Shown here: piece by piece, positions 25,069-36,186 of the stretch
How positions within the stretch are numbered: position 1 is the first letter of the stretch
Layout: each line of letters opens with the position of its first letter
The notes under the pieces: generated by a model
Databases searched by the model: none
Told to the model about the DNA's origin: nothing
Seen by the model: the letters and a program-made list of their open reading frames with translations, nothing else
NCBI RefSeq assembly: GCF_000181795.1
Contig: NW_003526948.1
Span: forward strand, 2,040,980 to 2,104,979
Length of the DNA: 64,000 nucleotides
From: Trichinella spiralis
Lineage: Eukaryota
Direction of reading: 5' to 3'
Translations under genes and position numbers: made by a program

Positions 25069-28000
25069 TCAAGATTGGTTATCTTGTGGCTTCCCGATCA
25101 TCATAGCTGCATCTTGAATCGGTTGTTTCAATGACAAGCTGGCATTTGTGGACGTTCCTTCATTGTTTCCTTCATAATGAAATTGATATGTAAAAATTGT
25201 TTGACATACTGAAAAGGTTCAGCTTAACACTTACGACCCAATCCGACAATAGTATTTACAGGTGGACGAGGAATTGCATTGTTTCGTCTGCAAAATAGTG
25301 AATTTAACTTTGATTTTTTTAATTTCAAATGTATCTCACTTCGCGGCGAAGGTGGTATTCGGGTTATATGCTGCAGTTTCTTGGAATGCTTGATGTGCCA
25401 CGGATGGCATGTTGATTCTGAAAGCATTGTAAGAACTTTATCTCATCAATGTACTAATAAATTGTTCTTTAAAAACTTTGTGTACATCAGATTCCACTTG
25501 CAGAGTAATAATATTAAAAATAATATCTTACCCCAAATTCCGATTTCCAGCGGAATTTTCAGTTTTAATCATTTTGTAGGTTCCATAATATGGGTGTGTG
25601 TAAGTATTTGTGTTGTATCCGTTTTCTGATGTTACAAATAATTTATAATAATTGTTTGACATACTGAAAAAATTCAGTTTAATACTTACGACCCAATATG
25701 ACAATAGTAGGCAGCGGAGGACGAGGAATTGCATTGCTAGGTCTGCAGAATAGTGCATTTAACTTTGATTNAAAAAATAATATTTTACCCCCAAATTTCG
25801 GGATTTCCCAGCGGATTTTTCAGTTTTAATCATTTTGTAGGTTTCCATAATATGGGGTGTGGTAAGGTATTGGGGTGTTATCCGTTTTTCTGATGTTACA
25901 AAATAATTTATTAATAATTGTTTGACATACTGAAAAAATTCTGTTTAATACTTACGACCCAATATGACAATAGTAGGCAGCGGAGGACGAGGAATTGCAT
26001 TGCTAGGTCTGCAGAATAGTGCATTTAACTTTGATTTTTTTAATTTCAAATGTATCTCACCTCGCAGAAAAGGCGGTATTCAAGTTGTATGCTGCAGTCT
26101 TTTGGAATGCTTGATGTGCCACGGATGGCATGTTAATTCTGAAAGCATTGTAAAAACTTTATCTCATCAATGTACTAATAAATTGTTCTTTAAAAACTTT
26201 GTGTACATCAGATCACACTTGCAGAGTAACAGTTTTAAAAATTAATATCTTACTCAAAATTCTGATTTCCAGCGCAATTTTCAGTTTTAATCAATTTGTA
26301 GGTTCCATGATATGGGTGTATGTAATTATTTGTGTTGTATCCGTTTTCTGATGTTACAAATAATTTATAATAATTGTTTGACATACTGAGAAAATTCTGT
26401 TTAACACTTACGACCCAATCCGACTATAGTAGGCAGCGGAGGACGAGGAATTGCATTGCTAGGTCTGTAGAATAGTGCATTTAACTTTGATTTTTTTAAT
26501 TTCAAATGTATCTCACCTCGCAGAAAAGGTGGTATTCAAGTTGTATGCTGCAGTCTTTTGGAATGCTTGATGTGCCACGGATGGCATGTTGATTCTAAAA
26601 GCATTGTAAAACCTTTATTTCATCAATGTGCTCATAAATGGTTTGTTTAAAACTTTGTTCATATTTGATTACATTTACAGAGTAATAGTTTGAAAAATTA
26701 ATATCCTACCCGCAAATCTGATTTTCTGCCTTATTTTCAGCTTTAATCATTTTGTCTGTTCCATGATATGGGTGTGTTTCATTGTTTCCGCTGTGTTCGT
26801 TTTCTGATATTAAAATTCATTTATAATAATTGTTTGACATACTGAGAAAATTCTGTTTAACACTTACGACCCAATCTGACAATAGTATGTACAGGTGGAC
26901 GAGGAATTGCAGTGTTTTGTCTGCAAAATAGTGAATTTAACTTTGATTTTCTTAATTTCAAATGTATCTCACCTTCCAGCAGAGATGGTATTTACGTAAT
27001 ATACTGCAGTCTTTTGGAATGCTTGATGTGCCACGGATGGCATGTTGATTCTGAAAGCATTGTAAAAACTTTATCTCATCAATGTACTAATAAATTGTTC
27101 TTTAAAAACTTTGTGTACATCAGATCACACTTGCAGAGTAACAGTTTTAAAAATTAATATCTTACCCCAAATTCCGATTTCCAGCGGAATTTTCAGTTTT
27201 AATCATTTTGTAGGTTCCATAATATGGGTGTGTGTAATTATTTGTGTTGTATCCGTTTTCTGATGTTACAAATGATTTATAATAATTGTTTGACATACTG
27301 AAAAAATTCAGTTTAATACTTACGACCCAATATGACAATAGTAGGCAGCGGAGGACGAGGAATTGCATTGCTAGGTCTGCAGAATAGTGCATTTAACTTT
27401 GATTTTTTTAATTTCAAATGTATCTCACCTCGCAGAAAAGGTGGTGTTCAAGTTGTATGCTGCAGTCTTTTGGAATGCTTGATGTGCCACGGATGGCATG
27501 TTGATTCTAAAAGCATTGTAAAAACTTTATTTCATCAATGTGCTCATAAATGGTTTGTTTAAAACTTTGTTCATATTTGATTACACTTGCAGAGTAATAG
27601 TTTGAAAAATTAATATCCTACCCACAAATCAGATTTTCTGCCTTATTTTCAGCTTTAATCATTTTGTCTGTTCCATGATATGGGTGTGTTTCATTGTTTC
27701 CGCTGTGTTCGTTTTCTGATATTAAAATTCATTTATAATAATTGTTTGACATACTGGAAAAATTCAGTTTAACACTTACGACCTAATCCGGTAATAGTAT
27801 GGGCTGACGACTGTGGCTGGTGTATAGGCGACCGTGGACTTGCCGTGTTAGGCGTGCTAAATAATGAATTTAATTTTTATTTTTTTCAGTTTTAAATGTA
27901 TCTCACTTTGCAGGAGAGGTGGTATTAGGACTGTATGCTGCCACTTCCTGTGAATTTTCGTTCTTCACTACTGGCTGGCTAACACTGAAAACAATGGAAG

Positions 28001-28684
28001 AAACTGTACTGTACAAATGTGTTCATAAATGATTCATATAAAGTGTTTTGCCAATCTTATGCGTTGAAAGGTAAAATATTATGGCATGTATAAACTGGTT
28101 TGGGAATTTGAAGCTAAATAGAATCGCAGGCAGATTTATGTGCTTTCGAAAAATGTTATGTTTCTTCTTTTATTTTTAATACATGATTGTATATTAAAGC
28201 AGAAAATGTATTACTTACCGTTCACTGTTTACTAATGAAGAATGTTGAAGCCTTATTTGATTCATGAGCTGACGTTTCTTCTCTTCCTTTTTTTTTAGTT
28301 TCTCTTTCTCTATTTGTTTCTGATACATTTCGCCAACCTAAATCCATAATTTTAATGAATTTTCTTAATTTACCTTAATAATTTAATTTAATTTCATTTC
28401 ATAATTAATTCCATTAATTTTCTTTTATGCTGAAATATAACGCTGCATTATCGAATTTTCTAATTTACCATGTTGTACGTAATGTGTCCGTGATTTGCAT
28501 GCGACTTCAAGTGTTGCTTTAAAGACAATTCCCAGTGAAACGATTTTCCACATAACGGACAATCGTATGGTAATACATTGCTGTGCATTTTCATGTGATT
28601 GTGCTTCGCGCCACGATTGTTGAAACGTTTTCCGCACGTTTGGCAAGCAAACGGTCTAATTCCCAAATGGATATTCATGTGCAT
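25069..28684 (-). CDS. C2H2 zinc-finger protein (5' part incomplete) with a C-terminus built from a repeated three-exon module
   Basis: Exon 28684-28469 encodes the end of one finger (MHMNIH), linker LGIRPF and two complete fingers (CQTC..HMKMH; CPLC..HLKSH). Phase-compatible exons follow: 28337-28219 (Lys/Glu-rich), 27984-27907, 27856-27780; repeat modules 27715-27622/27506-27429/27376-27324, 27259-27166/27050-26973/26920-26868, 26803-26710/26594-26517/26464-26412, 26347-26254/26138-26061/26008-25956, 25625-25532/25417-25340/25287-25235; terminal exon 25169-25069 ending in TGA (weaker acceptor). Confidence 0.8.
25195..27990. repeat. Tandem repeat, 456-bp unit (~5 conserved units plus a diverged partial unit)
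   Basis: The anchor TTGACATACT recurs at 25201, 25656, 25922, 26378, 26834, 27290 and 27746. Spacings are 455, 266 (across the N at 25771), then 456 four times. Confidence 0.97.
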
Positions 28685-29221
28685 CTGAAATAGTTTTTAG
28701 GAGTTAATATTATGCATTTAATTTGTTTTATTGTATTTATCACGCATGCAAGGGAAACTGTAAAAATTGTGGAAGTTAATAATAATTTACTGTTTTTGGG
28801 ATATGCATAAAAATAAAAATTAAAAAGATATAAATGGTGAAACAGTGGNNNNNNNNNNAAAAATTCCAATAAAATGTAAAGTAATAGATTTAAATATAAA
28901 TAAATAAATATTAAAAAAATAAGGTAAATAAATAGTATAAAAAATAAGATTAAAATTCCAATAAAAATGTTTAAAGTAGGGAAAAATAAAGTATAAATGA
29001 ATGAGAAAAAAAATGAAAAATAAAAATAAAATAAAAAGAATTTGCTATGGAAATGGTACAAAATTAAACTATTTAAAAGAAAAGAAAAACAAAAATTGCA
29101 AAATGAACAAAAATCAAAAATTATTTCGACACATGATAGCAGTTGCACACAAAAATATTGCTGCGTGAAAGACCAAGTACTGCATTAATTCAAAACTCAG
29201 CCATGTAGGTTGGTCGTTAAC

Positions 29222-29461
29222 TTAATTACAACTATGGGATAACTTCGCCCTTTCGAAGTATCCCAATCCCAGACCTACAGAATTGGGGTCCCAGGAACTT
29301 TGTCTTCTCTTGTTCTGCTTCGTGTGGTCCTCGATCTGCTTCGTGTCGTCCTCGATCTGCTTCGTGTCGTCCTCGATCTGCTTCGTGTCGTCCTCGATCT
29401 GCTTCGTGTCGTCCGCGATCAGCTTCGTGTCGTCCGCGTTTTCACTTCTTCTTTTCTTCAT
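29222..29461 (-). CDS. Putative 79-aa small protein with DDTKQIE heptad repeats
   Basis: ORF MKKRRSENA(DDTKQIE-like)x6NKRRQ..., with a splice-acceptor-like TTACAG ending at 29471 just upstream. A related shorter copy lies at about 30210-30335. No homology recognised. Confidence 0.3.
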   Translation of the reverse strand: MKKRRSENADDTKLIADDTKQIEDDTKQIEDDTKQIEDDTKQIEDHTKQNKRRQSSWDPNSVGLGLGYFERAKLSHSCN

Positions 29462-30720
29462 TGGTCATATCTGTAAGAATGGTTAATGTTAAATCAAAAC
29501 TTTTCGCACTTTATTACACAGTGGAATTAAAAAACTGAACAAATAATTTAGAAAGGAAAGAAGTAACTGATTTTCAATTAAAGATAACCTTAACAAAATG
29601 ATTATATATAGAGAGTTTCGGAAAAAAAGTAACAACGAGAAAACTTTAAATACTTCAACAATTAAAAACCGACTTCAGTAGTTACTTAACGCCAACGTTT
29701 GACGCTTGACGATGCTGTTACTTGCCACGCAAGTAAAACAAACAAGCGCACCGTTACTGATTGATGATAAAGCAATTTTCAAGCGATCCTCATTTGCATA
29801 CTGTAGCGATAGAAACCGGTTTGAGTTGATTGGAAAATTTTCTTAACGAGGAATTAATTCTAACCGAACGCTATGAAATTAGGAAAATTGAAACCTCAAG
29901 CACAGCGAATGACCTACATAAATGGAACTCATCGCAAAATGTTTTCACTAAAATGTAAGCACACTCGCTGCTTGTGCTGACAAACAAACTTAAACAAACA
30001 AAAAATATAATTTACCAAATGTCTCTGATGCTGTGAAATTTGAAAAAAATAATTTAAAGTGAAAATAAAGTTAATTAATTTTCAATCTTTCTAAAGATGA
30101 AATCACACCTAATCTTAATATGAAAATCAAAAAGAACAGTTTTACAGTGAAAAATATCTCACTCATATACTACATACTACAAACTTGAATAATTTCATTA
30201 AACTAAGGAATAACTTCACCCTTTCGAAGTATCCTTAGCCCTGCTTCACAGATGCACAAGAAATCACATTTACCTTTTGCCTTCTCTTGTTCTGCTTCGT
30301 GCCGTCCGTGTTTTCACATTTTCTTCGCTCCATTCTTTAAACCTGTAATAATGATATTAAATCAAAACTATCCTCACTTTATCACAAAGTAGAATTATAA
30401 CAAATATAATAATAAAGTACTATCTAATTAAAAAATAATTGTTCACAAAATAAGTAAACAAAGTTTAAAAAAATGACAAGCAGAAAAGTGGAATACTTGT
30501 CTGTAAATCTGAAGCGGCCTTCAGCAGCTACTTAACGCCCGTAATGAACTCAGAGAACGTTCAACGATGCTACCAATTGCCACGTAAATTAAACAAACAA
30601 ACGCACCCTTACTGATGATAAGGCAGCGTTGTAACGATCCTTATTTGCATAATGCAGCGTTAGAAACCGGTTTTTAGTGTGTTAGAAGTTTTGGCTGAAG
30701 ATAAATTCTTAACCAAGCCG
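29238..30720. repeat. Diverged direct tandem duplication (~29238-29870 versus ~30210-30720)
   Basis: Collinear shared blocks: AACTTCRCCCTTTCGAAGTATCC (29241/30212), TCTCTTGTTCTGCTTCGTG, TTAAATCAAAACT, TACTTAACGCC, AAACAAACAA.CGCACC.TTACTGAT, CGATCCT.ATTTGCATA and TAGAAACCGGTTT (29810/30661). Confidence 0.85.
29314..29438. repeat. 21-bp minisatellite, ~6 copies (TCTGCTTCGTGTCGTCCTCGA)
   Basis: Units start at 29314, 29335, 29356, 29377, 29398 and 29419. Confidence 0.95.
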
Positions 30721-30810
30721 CGTTGCAATATGAACAGAATAAATGCACTGCTAAATTCTACCAATAATGAAAGCACTACGTGAAAATTCAAAAATGACCT
30801 TGACATTTAA

Positions 30811-31077
30811 NNNNNNNNNNNNNNNNNNNNNNNNNNNNNNNNNNNNNNNNNNNNNNNNNNNNNNNNNNNNNNNNNNNNNNNNNNNNNNNNNNNNNNNNNN
30901 NNNNNNNNNNNNNNNNNNNNNNNNNNNNNNNNNNNNNNNNNNNNNNNNNNNNNNNNNNNNNNNNNNNNNNNNNNNNNNNNNNNNNNNNNNNNNNNNNNNN
31001 NNNNNNNNNNNNNNNNNNNNNNNNNNNNNNNNNNNNNNNNNNNNNNNNNNNNNNNNNNNNNNNNNNNNNNNNNNNNN
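30811..31077. other. Assembly gap (N run); smaller gaps at 28849-28858 and 25771
   Basis: N characters in the sequence. Confidence 1.
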
Positions 31078-31239
31078 GGCCATAAGCACGTGCTGGAGGG
31101 ATGTCGGAAAAATGTTGTTTAAGTCTGATAAAACCAATGTAGCTGGAAATGAGGGATAAGTTCTTAGAGGAAACAAATTTGCAGGCCAAAAGCTTGGCGT
31201 ATGGTCAATTGGAGAAGTTTCATGTTTAATTATTGCCAT
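31078..31239 (-). CDS. Putative first coding exon truncated by an assembly gap (possibly the start of the zinc-finger gene)
   Basis: ATG at 31239 opens 54 codons (MAIIKHETSPIDHTPSFWPANLFPLRTYPSFPATLVLSDLNNIFPTSLQHVLMA) that run into the N gap at 30811-31077. It is on the same strand as, and upstream of, the 5'-incomplete zinc-finger gene. Confidence 0.4.
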
Positions 31240-32173
31240 AGGTGATTGTCGAAGGGCACATAATTTTACTAATAGATGTACAATGCGTACAGGGTGTATT
31301 TAATGAAACTGAATTGTACGGAAATTTGGCGTTTATTTAAGTCACTTCTCATCTCCTGTTGAGAATTTTTCATAGAAAATTTATTGAGAAATTATACTCA
31401 ATATCGATTCTCAACTGCATTGTTAAGTGTTTAAGACTTAGAAATGAAAAAACTGCCACTTACTGCTAAATGCGCCGTCATCTCATTTTTGATGTTCATG
31501 CTCTTTCGGTGTTGATTAAAAAATTATTTTTCAGAAATTATTCCAAAAAATAATAATGAATAAAAATCAAATCTAGTGTTTGTCTTCAATGTTAGTCTTC
31601 TGCCAATTTTCCAATCAAAACCCTGAGCTACCGTCCACGGACGGCCTCAAATTGAAATGATTTCCATTATGTCAATAAAGCGAACGACCTAGCATGCAAA
31701 TTTTTATTTTATTGATTTCTGCTGATAAATAGGGCTACTGTACATTTTTCATTGCTCAGCAAAAAGAAATGCAGGTTTGGGGCGAAATCAGTCCACTTGT
31801 TGTGGAATAATGGGCTTCTAACGTTGGTACTTTGCCCATATCGAAACGCAGGTAAGCGGAGCAGTTGAAGTATAATTGAGTGAAATTGCGCTGTGCGTGA
31901 AAAGTGATCATTTACAAATGTTGCCTAGTTTTTTTTCACCGTCGATGATTATTATTGATGTAATTGGAACGGTTGAATGAATGGAAAATGCTTTGTTTGT
32001 TTGTTGGAGCGGATTTTATTGATATAAATGGTAAAATTTGCAGAAAAATGGAAAGACTGTAATAACAAAGAACAGAAAACAATAAACGGTCGGTAAAAGG
32101 GAGTAGGAGAGAGCAAGAGAGATGAGAGAAAAAAGAATAATATAATGAATAATTAATTAATTGACTGGTTTGA

Positions 32174-35100
32174 TCAAACAAAATGACTGGGCACAATTGT
32201 GCCGTACATGTCGCTGTAATCTTCGTTGTTGGGCTGCGAGGCATTCGACTGGCAAACGTTGAACGGCAACGGCGACGGCACGGCGTCGTGGAGCTTGTCC
32301 CAAAACATCGGGTCGGTCCAGAACAGGCACCGGTTCGTGCGCACGTAGTGGCCCAGGACGGGGTCGGTTTCGACGGGCACGGCCCGGTCGCGGACCACGA
32401 GCACCAATTTCCGGTGCTTGTCGCGCAGCAGCAACTGGTAGGCGGCCCTGAGATCGGGCTGTTGCCAGTCGGCTTCGACAAAGCCGTCGCTGAGTAGAAG
32501 CAGAACCCGCTGGCTGCGGTCGAACGCTTTCAACAACTGCTCACCGGATGTGCCCGACGTGGGCGTGGTCAAATCGCGGTGCAACGACACGACCCGATAG
32601 TAGGGGGGTTCTTCTTCGAGCCGGCCGAGTAGAGCTTCTTCGACGAACGGCTGGTCGGCGGCGCTGTTGCAAACGAGCAAATCGTACTGTAGCAGTTGTT
32701 GGGTCGACGGCGGCACCGAACAACCATCATCAGCCTCTTTGGCCGGCGTGCTGTCGTGCACGTACCTGCAGTAGGACCGACGGCCGGCGGCCGTCGGCTT
32801 TCTGGCGCAGTACATGCGCCGTAGCATGAGCGTCAACAGCGCGCCGGCGACCACCGTGCACAGCACCAGCACGGCGATCAACGCCGTATGCAAGCGGCTA
32901 TTATCATTATCATCATTATTATTATTACCCTCATCACTGCCGGTGGTATCGTTGGTGGATTTTGCCGCAGTTGGGGTTGTCGTCGTCGGCGATGAAGCAG
33001 GCGCCCCCGCAACGCTAACCTTGGGCACTACCGGTGGTGAATTGTCGTCGGCTTGGGATTCGCACAACGCGCTACTGTTCACCAATTCGAGAAAAGTCCA
33101 AAAGTTGATCTTGACCGTGCGCTGACCGTCGGCAGCCGGCAACAAAGCGACCACAGTCGCCGTCGTCTGGTTCCAAGAGCCGACAACCTGCAACTCTTCC
33201 TGGCAATACAAGCTGTCGGCGTCGGTGATCAGACGCCGTCGTTCGGCCACCCACCGTTGGAAGAGGTACTTGTCGTCGCAGTCGCAGCGCCACGGATTCG
33301 CCGCCAACGACACCGCCTGCAAAGAGCCGAGCGACGGCAAGCCCGGCGGCAGCAGATGGAGCCGATTGCCGTGCAACGTGACCACTTTCAAAGCGGTCAT
33401 TTGTTCGAACAATTTCGAGCCGACCACGCTCAGACGATTCCGGTGCAAGTAGAGTTCGACCAAGTGGGGCAGTTTGTGAAATTCGGCGCCGGTCAGTCGC
33501 TGCAATCGGTTGTCGCTCAAATCGAGCACCGTCAGAGCCGACAGCCGACTGAACGCCAGCTGGGATACGGTGTGCAAGTGGGTGTGGTTGAGTTGCAGTC
33601 GTCGCAGCTTGTACCGGCCCAAAAACGCGTGCTTGGACAATTCGAGCAGGCGGACGCCGTCGAGCAGGATGTCGGTCGCCTGCATCGGTATCGACCACGG
33701 CACCACCGCCCTCGAGCAGCGGACGCGGTTCACGGAGCCGGACCGACTGTCGTGTTCGCACTGACACCCCGCTGGGCAGACGCTCTTGCAGTCGCAGATT
33801 TCGAACTCGCAGCACAAGCAGCCGTCGGCGCAGACGGTCTCGTAGGGACAGAGGAACCGCTCGGCCGGCACGTCCACCAAAGCTTCGGTCCCGGTCCCGG
33901 CGGACCCCGGGGAGCAGTGGAGCAGTCGGCGGTCGGCCAACAGCCGCTCGGACCACTGCTCGAGCATCCAGCTCGTCGAGCAGCTGCATCGCAGCGGATT
34001 GCCTCGCAGGTAGATTTCGGTCCGGCCGACGAGCGGCCGATCGCCGACGCCCAAGTCGGCCCGACTCAGCGAGTGGAGGCGGTTGTGACGGAGGTCGACC
34101 ACGGCCAGGGTGCCGTTGCCGCGAGCCAGCAGACCGCCGGTGACCAGCTCGATCGCGTTGGAGCTCAAATTGAGTACCTGCAACGACAACGGCAGACTGT
34201 TCGCGTCGAGCGTTTTCAACGAGTTGTTGGCAAAGTCGGCGTAGCGCAGTTTCGACGACCAGCCCCTCGACCGTCGGATGAAGTAAGTCACTTTGCGCAG
34301 GTTGTTGTGGGCGGCGTCCAAGCGTTCCAATTCGGCCGGCAGCAGACCCAAGTCCAAAGTGGACAGTCGATTCGAAGAGACGTCGACCAACCGGAGAGCG
34401 GGCAAGTTGACCAACACCCCTTGCAAGCCGGACAGCCGATTACCTTGCAAGTAGAGTTCGCGCAAACTGACCGCATCGTCGAAGCAGGATGTGCTGAGTT
34501 GGTCGATGGCGTTGTACGACAAGTCGAGCACTTGCAAGCCGCTGAGCGCACCGAAGGCGCGCCGGTCGACCTGCATTAAGCCGTTGCGCGACAAGTTCAG
34601 CCGCCGAAGGGACGGCGGACCGTCCAACGAACCCGGACCCAAGTGGACAATGCGATTGTTGGACAAATCGACCTCGGTCAAGTTGGCCAACACGCTCAAA
34701 GCGGCCGGCACTTCGAGCAGGCGGTTGTTGTCCAGAGCCACGCTGGTCAGTTCGTGCATGTCGACGAACGCGTCCTCGTCCAAATGACCAATACCGTTGC
34801 CGGACAGGTAGAGCTCGCGCAAAGCGGGCACGTGCTCGAGCAGACCGGCGCCGGACAGTTCGAACGTCGAAGCGAGCAGGTTGCGGCTCAAGTCGAGCCT
34901 GCGCAACGAGATCATTTCCAATTCGACCGGCAGGTCGATCTTTTCCAATCGGTTGTCGTTCAAATACAGCTCTTGCAAGTTGCTGCTTCTGGTGGTCAGG
35001 TTGGATACCATTTGAGCAGCAGCAGCAGCAGTGCCGACGCCGTCGACGACGTTGAAGCCGGTCAAATGGTTCCTGCTCAGGTCCAAAACGCGCAACGAGT

Positions 35101-36186
35101 CGAGCGACGAGTGGACCAAGTTGAACGTTTCGATTCGATTGGCGCTCAAGTTGAGCTTCTGCAAATTGGTCAGTCGGTCCAAGCCGACCGGACCGGTCAG
35201 CAGACGGTTGGCCGACAAGTCGAGATGAACCACACCGGGCGGCAGCGTGTAGACGACGGCCAGCTGGTTGCCGCGCAAGTTCAACTCCTGCAAATGATGC
35301 AGATTTTCGAAAACACCGGCGCCGATCGTCTCCAGTCGATTGTGCTGCAAGTTCAAAATTCGCAAACCGCCCAAGCCCCGCATCTGGTCGGCGCTGATGT
35401 CGAAAATTTCATTGTAGCCCAAATCGAAAACCACCAACTGCTGCTGTTCCGAGCAACGCTCGTCGGGCGTCCCTTGGTCGGAGGCGAACAACTGGGGGAA
35501 GTTGGTGATTTGGTTGTGGGACAAGTTGAGCACTTTGAGCTCGCCGAGCCGGCACAACGCCAGACGTCGAATTTGCACCAGACCACTTTCGACCAGTGCC
35601 AGTTTTTCCACCGCTTTGGCCCCGACGAATGCGTCTTCGTCCACTTCGGTCACCGAACCCAGACGTTCCAAATGCAACGATTTCAACTCTGTCAAGCCTT
35701 CGGTGAAGCTGAAACAGGAAATTCAATTAAAAAAATTTAATACTATTATTTCTTCTTCCAACATCACCCTGACCTGAAGGTGAGCAGCTCGCCGGCGTTG
35801 CCACAGTCGACGATGCTCAAATGACGCAGACGATCGAACGAGGCGAACATGGACCTGGAAAAACGACCCCTGCCAGACGGCTCTGTGCACTGCAAAAGCA
35901 GGCTGGACATGCGATGCGCCGGAAATGTGGAAAATACCGCCGCGCTGGCTATTTTCGGCCAATGGCAGACCACCTTCACCTCCTGCGAACTGGGCTCTTG
36001 CAAGCAATGGCACCCAATCGGGCAATGTTCCTGCTGCTGCTGCTGCTGCTGGTGGTGGTGGTCAGCAGCAACGGTTGTGGTCAAATTATTCCCTTTGTTG
36101 GCTGGCAAAAATAGCAGCAGACAAATCATCAAGCCGACGACCGTCTCGCCAACAACACCAATTCGATCAGTGTTCATGTTGACCAT
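32174..36186 (-). CDS. tol-1: Toll-like receptor (multiple-cysteine-cluster LRR-TM-TIR, TOL-1-like), ~1315 aa, 2 coding exons
   Basis: Exon 1 36186-35774 encodes a hydrophobic signal segment, polyH/polyQ and LRRNT CPIGCHC. A 65-nt GT-AG intron (phase 2) precedes exon 2, 35708-32174. The protein has many LxxLxLxxN repeats, an internal LRRCT/LRRNT cluster (NPLRCSC...CLCCEFEICDCKSVCPAGCQC), a second LRR block, NPWRCDC, TM ALIAVLVLCTVVAGALLTLML and a TIR domain (YDLLVCNS..HRDL..FWDKL). Confidence 0.95.

Noticed and set aside
25656..25922. Apparent short (266-bp) repeat unit with a frameshifted exon A
   Set aside because: It flanks a single N at 25771. The part after the N is a homopolymer-error-rich copy of about 25516-25660, and the part before it duplicates about 25922-26036. 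This is most likely an unmerged contig overlap rather than a real degenerate unit.
25279..27562. Plus-strand ORFs containing CCSLLECLMCHGWH in the repeat
   Set aside because: They are antisense to the splice-supported minus-strand exons, run across introns and vary in start and stop between units.
28675..29148. 157-aa hydrophobic F/I/L/Y-rich ORF
   Set aside because: It is a translation of A-rich, low-quality sequence spanning an N gap.
29314..29438. Short direct repeats as a CRISPR array
   Set aside because: The copies are head-to-tail with no unique spacers, there are no cas genes, and the context is eukaryotic.
32183..35777. Long overlapping ORFs (508, 365 and 305 aa, and others) within the TLR
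   Set aside because: These are shadow frames caused by GC-rich codon usage, with no independent motifs.
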